DNA of 64,000 bases from Ignavibacteriales bacterium. Lineage in GTDB: Bacteria; Bacteroidota; Ignavibacteria; UBA10030. The DNA lies in assembly GCA_026390595.1 (NCBI GenBank), contig JAPLFQ010000011.1:5340-69339 (forward strand), in the 5' to 3' direction. Position numbers and translations under genes: made by a program. Each line of letters starts with the position of its first letter. Within the stretch, counting starts at the first letter, position 1. The notes below the pieces were generated by a model. It searched no databases, was not told where the DNA came from, and was given only the letters and a program-made list of their open reading frames with translations. This document shows, piece after piece, positions 56,509 to 64,000 of the stretch.

Positions 56509-56719
56509 GGAGGGTTCCTTTCTTCTTATCGTGATGAGCTATGATTGATACCTTCATTTCGATTTGAAACTGCGTGATCAAGCACTGCAGGTGTTCCAGC
56601 AAATTTGTAGTCTGATGCCGCAGCTATTTCAGGATTCGGTCTTACTTCTTGAATCTGGGAGTAGTGCGGGAAAGGACGAAAGAAATATAGCGTTTTTCGT
56701 CCAAAAAACAAAGATCTCG

Positions 56720-57490
56720 TCAACCGAAGAGTACGCTTCCACCATTGACGTTGAGAACTGCCCCAACGACATGGTTTGCGAGATCCGAAGCGAGGAATAG
56801 AACGGGACCGGCGATTTCATCCGGAGTCGCCACCCGGCCTCTCGGGATGAGTTTGTTGATCGACCCGATTTTTTTCCGATCGCCCAGGACGTTTGACGTC
56901 ATGTCGGTGTAGACCCATCCAGGCGACACACAGTTCGCGTTGATACCCGACGGCGCAAGTTCCGCTGCAATGGCTTTGGTGAACGCGATCATACCCCCCT
57001 TGGATGCAGCGTAGTGGGAATAGTACGGTTCCCCTCTCTGTCCGGCGGTGCTCGCAATGTTGATGATCTTGCCGGATTTCTGCTTCTTCATGAAGGGAAC
57101 AACGGCGTTGCAGAAGAGAAACGTCCCCTTGAGATTGACGTCGAGCGTTTCATCCCATTGCTCCTCGGTCATTGCACCGATGGTTCCACGCTTCCAGATC
57201 CCGGCGTTGTTTACCAGGATGTCAATTTTCCCGAAGTGATCAATGGTGGTGCTGACTGCGTGGCAAACTTCTGATTGGCTCGCAGCGTTCGCATGAATAA
57301 TGAGACACTCACTGCCAAGACGGGCTACGCGATGAGCTGTGCGCTCTGCATCCTGTTTTCTCTTGCCGTAGGTTAGCGCAACCATCGCGCCGGCCTTCGC
57401 CATCGTCACGCCAACGGCGGCGCCGATACCGCGCGATCCTCCGGTGATGAGGGCCACTTTTCCGAGCAGGCTTATCATATTGTCGTTCAA
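56720..57490 (-). CDS. SDR-family oxidoreductase (FabG-like)
   Basis: TGGSRGIG, NNAG, S...YAASK catalytic motif. Confidence 0.9.
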   Translation of the reverse strand: MNDNMISLLGKVALITGGSRGIGAAVGVTMAKAGAMVALTYGKRKQDAERTAHRVARLGSECLIIHANAASQSEVCHAVSTTIDHFGKIDILVNNAGIWKRGTIGAMTEEQWDETLDVNLKGTFLFCNAVVPFMKKQKSGKIINIASTAGQRGEPYYSHYAASKGGMIAFTKAIAAELAPSGINANCVSPGWVYTDMTSNVLGDRKKIGSINKLIPRGRVATPDEIAGPVLFLASDLANHVVGAVLNVNGGSVLFG

Positions 57491-57642
57491 GCTGATGAAG
57501 TTGATTTGAGGAGCTGAAATATGCTAGCAATCTACAGGCCAGCAGATTTCAAGTGACGAAACTCGCCAAAAAATATAGGAATTATTGTTAAGTTTGTGCT
57601 TTTTTCTTATATTTCCAATTCAGATCTTGACAAACGGGCTTA

Positions 57643-57663
57643 ATAGGACTATTTTAGTCCTAT
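57643..57663. promoter_or_regulatory. perfect 9-3-9 palindrome ATAGGACTA-TTT-TAGTCCTAT; candidate metalloregulator operator of feoAB
   Basis: Overlaps the -10 region of a TTGACA-17-TATTTT promoter (57627-57655). A third TAGTCC half-site lies at 57701-57706. Confidence 0.45.
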
Positions 57664-57711
57664 ATAAGAATTGACGATTTTTGGTTCAATTTCAAGAAAA
57701 TAGTCCCAAAT

Positions 57712-57966
57712 ATGAAAACTCCTTCGATGCCCCTTCACCAGGTTCCCAAGGGGAGTCGTCTTATCATTATTGAGATTCCTGAAGGCCGGGCCAAATCACA
57801 GCTTATACGACTTGGCGTGGTCAAAGGGGAATTCATACGGTGTCTCGAGCGGCTACCGGGCGGCACCGTGGTAATCCAGAAACACAGGCAGGAAATTGCA
57901 ATCGGCGTTGCGCTCGCGCGGTCTATCTTCGTTGCCTACGCCGCCGCAGAGCTTCCGAAGCCATAG
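57712..57966 (+). CDS. feoA: FeoA-family protein
   Basis: 84-aa SH3-like FeoA pattern directly upstream of feoB. Confidence 0.85.
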   Translation: MKTPSMPLHQVPKGSRLIIIEIPEGRAKSQLIRLGVVKGEFIRCLERLPGGTVVIQKHRQEIAIGVALARSIFVAYAAAELPKP

Positions 57967-57975
57967 GTCTCGCGT

Positions 57976-59877
57976 ATGCCCAATCATTCCACATCTGGCG
58001 CATCTCATCCGGCGCCTCCTGATCACATCGAGAAACATCGTCACGCCGGTTTCGATGTCGCAGACATCGATGCGCCGGGCATGACTGTTGCGCTCGTGGG
58101 GAATCCAAACGTCGGAAAGTCTCTCGTCTTCAACTATATGTCGGGGATGTACGTCGACGTTTCAAATTACCCCGGCACAACGGTCGAGCTGACGAAGGGG
58201 CGTTACAAGTCATACGACGTCTACGACACTCCAGGCGTCTACGGCATTTCTTCGTTCACAGCGGAAGAAGCGGTGACGCGCGATCTCGTTCTCCGCTCAG
58301 ATATTGTCCTCAACGTTGTCGATGCCGCTCACCTCGAGCGCGACCTTTTTCTCACGCAGCAGCTCGTTGACATGGGAAAGAAGGTCGCTGTCCTACTCAA
58401 CTTCATGGACGAGGTGAAGAAGCTCGGCCTCACGATCGACACCCGGCTTCTTTCAGATTCTCTCGGCGTTCCGGTCTTCCAGACAACAGCAACCACCCGT
58501 TCGGGCTTCGATCAAATTGATGCTGCCCTCGCGCAAGCCCGCAGGGGCGAACAGGATCCATCCCTCCATCACAAGCTTCACACAATGTTGAGCGTCACGG
58601 GATCTGAAGCCGAGGCACTCCTCATACTCGAAGGCGATGAAGCGACAGCACAACGCCATGGCGTTGCGACAGGGCACGACCGCGAACCGCTCTACATAGA
58701 GCGCCGCAACAGGGTCAACCTTATCATCAATGCTGTCCTTTCCGAGGGCGACACGCGGACACGTATCGCAACGCTCTTTGGACGCTGGGCCGTGAACGTG
58801 TGGACGGGGATCCCGCTCCTCCTCGGTGCGCTGTATCTCGTCTACCTGTTCGTCGGAAAGCTGGTCGCGCAGGACCTCGTGAACTTCACAGAGAAGACGC
58901 TCGGCAAAGGTCTCTGGGAACCATGGATCAGCGGCATCGTCACGAAATTCGTTTCGCCCGATTCCTGGTTTGGCACCATTCTCGTCGGTGAGTTCGGTGT
59001 CGTCACGATGACTATCACCTACCTCATCTTTCTTCTGCTCCCATTGGTGATCGCATTCTATCTCGCCCTTGCCATGCTGGAGGATAGCGGGTATCTTCCG
59101 CGCCTCGCGACGCTGGTTGACAGAAGCCTCAATGCTCTTGGGCTCAACGGCGCCGCGGTCATTCCCTTGATTCTCGGATTCGGCTGCGTCACGATGGCAA
59201 CGATCACGACACGTCTCCTCGGAAGTGAACGCGAGAAGACTATTGCCGCCGCGATTCTACAGTTCGCCATTCCGTGTTCAGCTCAGCTTGCTGTGGTGGC
59301 CGCGCTTCTGGCTGGAGCAGGTTTCGGCGCTATGCTGATTTACACGGTGACGATTCTTGTCGTCTTCGTTGCCGTGGGGACGATTCTCGACCGTATCCTT
59401 CCCGGAGCCGCAACGCCGCTCCTGATCGATTTGCCTCCCATGCGGTTTCCCCGGTTGGATAACGTTGCGCGAAAGACTGCATACCGATCGTACTTCTTCA
59501 TGAAAGAAGCGACCCCCTGGTTCTTTCTGGGCGCGCTGGGTGTCGGCATTATGCAAGTAACGGGACTTCTTACCGTCTGGCAGAATATTCTCGCTCCCCT
59601 GACAACGGGCTGGCTGCAATTGCCTCGTGAAGCGGCAACCGCATTTGTCATGGGAATGGTCCGAAGGGACTTCGGGGCCGCCGGGCTTTATGTTCTCGCA
59701 TTGAAACCTCATCAGATCGTCGTTGCGCTCGTGACGATTACTCTGTTTACCCCCTGCATCGCGTCACTGATGGTGATGCTGAAGGAACGGGGATGGAAGG
59801 AAGCGATGCTGGTCTGGACCGGAACGTGGGTCGTGGCATTCTTCGTGGGGGGCGTGTTGTCACAGATACTCATATGA
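57976..59877 (+). CDS. feoB: ferrous iron transporter FeoB
   Basis: GNPNVGKS, DTPG, the NFMD G-domain and a polytopic gate-motif membrane domain. The start may be ATG 58081. Confidence 0.95.
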   Translation: MPNHSTSGASHPAPPDHIEKHRHAGFDVADIDAPGMTVALVGNPNVGKSLVFNYMSGMYVDVSNYPGTTVELTKGRYKSYDVYDTPGVYGISSFTAEEAVTRDLVLRSDIVLNVVDAAHLERDLFLTQQLVDMGKKVAVLLNFMDEVKKLGLTIDTRLLSDSLGVPVFQTTATTRSGFDQIDAALAQARRGEQDPSLHHKLHTMLSVTGSEAEALLILEGDEATAQRHGVATGHDREPLYIERRNRVNLIINAVLSEGDTRTRIATLFGRWAVNVWTGIPLLLGALYLVYLFVGKLVAQDLVNFTEKTLGKGLWEPWISGIVTKFVSPDSWFGTILVGEFGVVTMTITYLIFLLLPLVIAFYLALAMLEDSGYLPRLATLVDRSLNALGLNGAAVIPLILGFGCVTMATITTRLLGSEREKTIAAAILQFAIPCSAQLAVVAALLAGAGFGAMLIYTVTILVVFVAVGTILDRILPGAATPLLIDLPPMRFPRLDNVARKTAYRSYFFMKEATPWFFLGALGVGIMQVTGLLTVWQNILAPLTTGWLQLPREAATAFVMGMVRRDFGAAGLYVLALKPHQIVVALVTITLFTPCIASLMVMLKERGWKEAMLVWTGTWVVAFFVGGVLSQILI

Positions 59878-60074
59878 TGACCCTTCAAGAACGGCTCCGC
59901 AGCGAAGCGCGAATGTGTCCGAAATGTCAGTACATTGTCGACAATCCATTCCTTGAACGATGCCCCCGATGCTTGAGCGAAGTACCTGTTGTCGACGTCG
60001 GTTGCCGCGCCTGTATGCACAACGCGGGATGTCCGGCATCGAATCTCCGCAAGTCCGAATCGAAATCAGCCTGA
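59874..60074 (+). CDS. 66-aa Cys-rich (zinc-ribbon-like) protein translationally coupled to feoB
   Basis: The ATG overlaps the feoB TGA (ATGA). CPKC-x12-CPRC-x11-CRAC-x5-C. Confidence 0.55.
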   Translation: MMTLQERLRSEARMCPKCQYIVDNPFLERCPRCLSEVPVVDVGCRACMHNAGCPASNLRKSESKSA

Positions 60075-60088
60075 ACACAGGAAGTCCA

Positions 60089-60994
60089 ATGTCCGCTCGA
60101 AATATGTCGCGAGGAACAACCGAAAGTTCATCATCAAGCGCAACACACAAGCAGAGGGGAATGATCCGTGCGTGCGTTCTGATATTCTGCCTCGTAGGCA
60201 CAGAAGCCGCTGTCATCGCGCAGGAGTCACGACCTCCAAAAGAACAATTCCCTGAGGCCATCGAAGATAATTCCTTCTTCATCGAGGAAGCCTACAATCA
60301 GGAACGAGGTGTAGTGCAACACATCTCTAATCTGCAGTACTCCTTCACACATCAGACGGACCTTTTCTATACATTCACACAAGAGTGGCCTCTCGGTGGC
60401 AGGGCGCACCAGTTGAGTTATACAGTTCCAATTAACCTGCACAGTTCGTCTCATCCGGGTGGATTCGGGGACGTCCTGATCAATTATCGGTATCAACTGA
60501 TTGACGACGACGGATGGGCTGCCGTTGCCCCCCGGATCTCGGTACTTCTCCCCACGGGAAGCACGACGTCGGGACTCGGCTTCGGGGCGGCCGGAGTTCA
60601 GGTCAACATTCCCGCAAGCAGACGGTTTTCGGAGTTTTTCGCTGCCCACGCGAACGCGGGGCTTACCTACGTGCCCCGCATGAAAGACGAGAGCGGAAAT
60701 TCAGGCGCGATCAGGCATACACTGACATCCTATAATGTCGGCGCAAGCGTCATCTGGCTGACATCCGAGACATTCAACGTGATGCTCGAGTACACGACCA
60801 GTTTCTCATCGGATGCATTTGAGGATGGAACCAGCGATCGGAGGACGGATACAATTATCAGTCCCGGATTACGCTGGGCGATTAATCTGAACACGCTGCA
60901 GATTGTGCCGGGCATCGCGTTCCCCATCTCGCTGGGGAGCGGCCAGGCAAAGGCGGGAGTGTTTTTCTATCTCTCCTTCGAGCATCCCTTCTAG
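60089..60994 (+). CDS. outer-membrane beta-barrel protein (MetA-pathway/transporter-like family)
   Basis: Signal peptide, FFIEEAYNQERGVVQH near the N-terminus, alternating beta-strand pattern, and a C-terminal aromatic residue (EHPF). Confidence 0.55.
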   Translation: MSARNMSRGTTESSSSSATHKQRGMIRACVLIFCLVGTEAAVIAQESRPPKEQFPEAIEDNSFFIEEAYNQERGVVQHISNLQYSFTHQTDLFYTFTQEWPLGGRAHQLSYTVPINLHSSSHPGGFGDVLINYRYQLIDDDGWAAVAPRISVLLPTGSTTSGLGFGAAGVQVNIPASRRFSEFFAAHANAGLTYVPRMKDESGNSGAIRHTLTSYNVGASVIWLTSETFNVMLEYTTSFSSDAFEDGTSDRRTDTIISPGLRWAINLNTLQIVPGIAFPISLGSGQAKAGVFFYLSFEHPF

Positions 60995-61164
60995 AGGGCG
61001 TCTCAGATACACTCTGAGAAGAAGAGAATCTCACACAATGGCGCACGAGAAGGCCGTGCTTAGCATTCGCTTTCTCAGCGACTTCGTGTGGTTCTTTTTC
61101 TGAGGACGGTTCGAGAGGTCGCGAATCCAGACACATGTTCATTCTATCATTCAGGATCAAAGCA

Positions 61165-61488
61165 ATGGACGAAGAACAAACAAGCGGCATCACAAAAGAA
61201 GCAGTGTACGAAGCTCTCCGGGATTGCTACGATCCCGAGATTCCGGTTGACGTGGTGAGTCTGGGTCTGATCTACGGCGTTACAATCGTCGATGACTGGG
61301 TTGGCGTGAAAATGACTCTTACAACTCCGGGCTGTCCGGCAAGCAACATGATTTCGGAAGACGTGAAGCAGCGGGTCAAGAAAATCCCCGGGGTCGGGGA
61401 TGCCGACGTGCGCATTGTCTGGCAGCCCGAGTGGAAACCGGCGATGATGAGCGAAGAAGCGAGAAGAAAGCTCGCGTCGAACAAGTAA
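61165..61488 (+). CDS. DUF59 / MIP18-family Fe-S cluster assembly protein (SufT/PaaD-like)
   Basis: DPEIPVDVVSLGLIY...LTTPGCP motif. Confidence 0.85.
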   Translation: MDEEQTSGITKEAVYEALRDCYDPEIPVDVVSLGLIYGVTIVDDWVGVKMTLTTPGCPASNMISEDVKQRVKKIPGVGDADVRIVWQPEWKPAMMSEEARRKLASNK

Positions 61489-61652
61489 GGCGAAAAGCAA
61501 GACGTTAGACGCGAGATGAGGAGAGTAGCTATCAGCGGTTGGCCACTCGTTAGCGGTCATTGTAACGGACGACACTCACCGACTGAGGAAAATTGAAACA
61601 AGTTTTAAATTTGACATCATAAAATAATAACAATAATAGAAATAGAAATATA

Positions 61653-62090
61653 ATGGCACAAATCAATCCTCACATTAACTTCAACGGAAATGCCGAAGAA
61701 GCATTTACATTTTACAGATCAGTTTTCGGCGGAGAGTTCGCAAAAATTATGCGTTTCAAAGACATATCAAGTCCTGAATTTCCGGTAACAGAAAATGATG
61801 CAAATAAAATAATGCACATTGCTTTACCTATTGGAAAAAATATTTTAATGGCAAATGACGTTCCAGAAAGTATGGGACAGACAAATGAAAACGAACATAG
61901 AAGTAAAATTTCAATAAGTGCAGAAAGCAAAGAAGAAGCAGACAAATTATTTTATGGACTTTCGGTAGGCGGACAAATTGAAGTGCCAATTGGAGACAGC
62001 CCTTGGGGTTCTTATTTTGGTATGTTTAGAGACAAATACGGTATTGAATGGATGGTAGATTTTGACCCAAACTATAACGGGCACATTTAA
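61653..62090 (+). CDS. VOC-family protein, PhnB/YjdN-like
   Basis: MAQINPHINFNGNAEEAFTFY...MHIALPIG. The gene is AT-rich relative to its surroundings. Confidence 0.8.
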   Translation: MAQINPHINFNGNAEEAFTFYRSVFGGEFAKIMRFKDISSPEFPVTENDANKIMHIALPIGKNILMANDVPESMGQTNENEHRSKISISAESKEEADKLFYGLSVGGQIEVPIGDSPWGSYFGMFRDKYGIEWMVDFDPNYNGHI

Positions 62091-62099
62091 CTGAAGAAA

Positions 62100-62117
62100 A
62101 ACAACGAACCGCTAACA
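62100..62117 (+). repeat. 18-nt direct repeat AACAACGAACCGCTAACA, copy 1
   Basis: Identical to 62743-62760. The partial inverse GTTAGCGGT lies at 61549-61557. Confidence 0.85.
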
Positions 62118-62171
62118 TCGGTCATTAGAAAGCAGTAACAAACCATAGGCAACAATAAAAAATAGAGCCAT

Positions 62172-62744
62172 ATGAGAAGAATAATTTCATTTATGCACAT
62201 ATCGCTTGACGGTTTTGTAGCAGGACCGAACGGAGAAATGGACTGGATTAAAGCTAATGAAGAGATTTTTGATTATGTCGGTAAGCGGATAAGCGAAGGC
62301 GACACTGCATTATATGGACGAGTGACTTATCAGATGATGGAAAATTACTGGCCTGCCGCAGGAGACAAGCCGACAGCAACCAAGCACGACATTGAACATT
62401 CTCAGTGGTATAACAAAGTTCACAAAATTGTTTTATCGAAAACAATGAAAGACGCGGGTTTGACTAACACAAAAATTATTAACGACAACCTTTCGGACAG
62501 AATAAATGAAATAAAACAACAGGCAGGTAAAGACGTCTTGCTTTTTGGTAGCCCGACAGCAACACATTCACTCGTTCAACTGAACTTAATTGACGGCTAC
62601 TGGCTATTTGTTAATCCAATTATTCTTGGACGAGGAATTCCATTGTTTGTAGACATCAAAAACAAAATAAAACTAAACCTATTGAGTACTCGACAATTTA
62701 CTTGCGGGGTAACTGAACTGAATTACACTGTGGACAGACAATAA
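62172..62744 (+). CDS. dihydrofolate-reductase-like (RibD C-terminal domain) family protein
   Basis: MRRIISFMHISLDGFVAGPNGEMDWI and LLFGSPT. Confidence 0.85.
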   Translation: MRRIISFMHISLDGFVAGPNGEMDWIKANEEIFDYVGKRISEGDTALYGRVTYQMMENYWPAAGDKPTATKHDIEHSQWYNKVHKIVLSKTMKDAGLTNTKIINDNLSDRINEIKQQAGKDVLLFGSPTATHSLVQLNLIDGYWLFVNPIILGRGIPLFVDIKNKIKLNLLSTRQFTCGVTELNYTVDRQ

Positions 62745-62760
62745 CAACGAACCGCTAACA
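62743..62760 (+). repeat. 18-nt direct repeat AACAACGAACCGCTAACA, copy 2
   Basis: Starts inside the stop codon of the preceding gene. Confidence 0.85.
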
Positions 62761-62894
62761 CGGGCCAGGCGCAAGCAAAGATTCGTCTTGATAGAGCGGT
62801 TTGCAGCACTTCTGATCGAACGAGTCTGCAGGCTGCTCAGCCTTGTTCTTGAATCAGCCCATGTTGCAGTTCGATTTGGAAACCATGCACAATA

Positions 62895-63374
62895 TTGTGT
62901 GCACCCAAGGAGAATCAGGCGAAATCTCGCAATCTTGTTTACAGCAATCATTCTCGCAGCCTGCAGCACGACTCCAGTCACGCGCAGTCATCGCAGGCCG
63001 TGAGTCCCACTCAGGTACTTGCTCCTGAACTGCAGAACACGTCAATAGATTCGGTCGTGCAATTTTTGCTCACGGCAGCCGCTACCGATTTCCATACCCA
63101 CCGCCCGCCTGATCCTGTCCGCTTTCGTGATGTGCGCATTGGTCACGTGATGACTCCCAGTGGAAAAGAGCTTTACATGTTGTGCGGCCAGTTTCTACCG
63201 GCGCAGGAGGGAGACAAGGCTGAGTGGACGCCTTTTGCGACGATCAAGACATCGAGGTACGAACAATGGATTGGGGCGCAAGCCCTGACGTTTAGCCAAG
63301 GGCCATCGGTCATATGGGACACGGTGGGCGATCTGTCGTCCTTGTTGCAGAGCCGACTCGATTCTCTGCGATAA
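62895..63374 (+). CDS. hypothetical protein (possibly a frameshifted lipoprotein)
   Basis: ORF with plausible globular composition. A lipobox-bearing signal peptide (NLAILFTAIILAAC) lies in the adjacent frame just upstream. Confidence 0.4.
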   Translation: MCAPKENQAKSRNLVYSNHSRSLQHDSSHAQSSQAVSPTQVLAPELQNTSIDSVVQFLLTAAATDFHTHRPPDPVRFRDVRIGHVMTPSGKELYMLCGQFLPAQEGDKAEWTPFATIKTSRYEQWIGAQALTFSQGPSVIWDTVGDLSSLLQSRLDSLR

Positions 63375-63598
63375 GGTCACAGGGAGCGAATTCATGGGCG
63401 TCGGTAATGAAGGATCAGTTTGATGTCGGCGGCTCGCAACGGCGTGTTGCCTAAACATTATGCGTCACTGCGTTGCTGCGTCCTACGAATCAATAAGCAA
63501 ATTGCTGAGGTGGCAGGCCGGCCCGATTCGCTAGCACGGTTTTACAACCTTTCAATCTCTTGGGCAGTCAAAGGAGGGAGAAACTATAGGAGGATCAT

Positions 63599-64000
63599 TT
63601 GCACTTCCTAGCAATAATTGCGTTGGCCGCCTTAATATCGTTATTGGCGTCTAATGCTACCTCTCAGTCGCTTGCCCATCTCGATACCGCGGAGGTGCGT
63701 CGCTGGCGTGAGGACCTGGCCGTTCTTCGCGAAGAAATGCCAAAGCAACATGTCAATCTTTTTCACGGAATGACGCACACACAGTTCGACAGCGCATTGG
63801 GAAGCATCGATCAGCATTTACCCTTTCTCGCGCGACACGAGGTGATTGTAGCACTTCAACGATTGTGCGCCCTAGTTGGCGATGGACATTCAAACGTGGG
63901 GCCTTGGCGTGACACAGCTGTAGCGTTTCACGAACTTCCGATCTCCTTGTACTGGTTCGAGGATGGCGTGTTTGTACGCGCGGCAAGAGAGGAGCACCCG
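63599..64000 (+). CDS. partial (5' end) secreted S41-type peptidase-like protein, running off the window
   Basis: Hand translation from TTG 63599 (AGGAGG RBS 6 nt upstream) is open to the window end. It shows a signal peptide and the W..DL..L..E....H.N.F ... GDGHS pattern seen in N-terminal domains of S41/tricorn-core peptidases. Not in the ORF track because it lacks an ATG and a stop. Confidence 0.55.
   Translation, partial: MHFLAIIALAALISLLASNATSQSLAHLDTAEVRRWREDLAVLREEMPKQHVNLFHGMTHTQFDSALGSIDQHLPFLARHEVIVALQRLCALVGDGHSNVGPWRDTAVAFHELPISLYWFEDGVFVRAAREEHP

Noticed and set aside
61549-62760. Integron gene cassettes with attC sites (CGCTAAC / GTTAGCG cores)
   Set aside because: No element following a gene contains both an inverse core and a matching GTTRRRY core with the imperfect internal dyad expected of attC. 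No intI integrase or attI site is in the window. The repeats fit the heptamer-word class seen elsewhere better.

Overview
64-kb chromosomal window from a bacterium of roughly mid-50s %GC. Marker genes suggest the FCB group (Ignavibacteriota/Bacteroidota-like): a T9SS C-terminal sorting domain on a subtilase, a GldA/F/G-type ABC module with DUF4340, an Hc1 histone-like protein and MoxR/VWA Bat-like genes. All calls come from reading the ORF translations and the DNA by eye; no searches were run. I support about 60 CDS and saw no rRNA, tRNA or CRISPR array. The region 1-37 kb is mostly housekeeping or envelope: typA, mfd plus a Cho-like GIY-YIG nuclease, a MarR-headed detox cluster, ABC-2 exporters, a CDF transporter coupled to a VanX-like dipeptidase, MoxR/subtilase/VWA, three SurA/PpiD-like PPIases, the GldAFG-like module and a BNR+M28 peptidase. 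The region 37-63 kb looks accessory. Its core (37.0-46.4 kb) is a DNA-damage-type locus. It holds an XRE-HTH/S24 (LexA/CI-type) repressor with palindromic operators, DUF72, an SRAP/YedK protein and an RHH-MazF pair. On the other strand lie a RecA-fold protein with a destroyed P-loop, a 91-aa protein, a family-B DNA polymerase with no exonuclease catalytic residues and a non-canonical motif C, and a PA0069-type radical SAM (SplB-like) enzyme. I read this as a candidate PolB-based analogue of ImuA-ImuB-DnaE2 mutasome cassettes. That is inference and needs comparative and experimental testing. The locus is split by two cassette-like genes (VOC, GxxExxY) bracketed by near-identical repeats. Almost every intergenic spacer between 33 and 50 kb carries heptamer-phased word arrays or long imperfect palindromes. 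Other points of interest are a 960-aa Upf1/DNA2-like protein with an eroded second RecA domain, a perfect palindrome upstream of feoAB, a Cys-rich ORF overlapping the feoB stop, and an AT-rich two-gene islet with 18-bp direct repeats.
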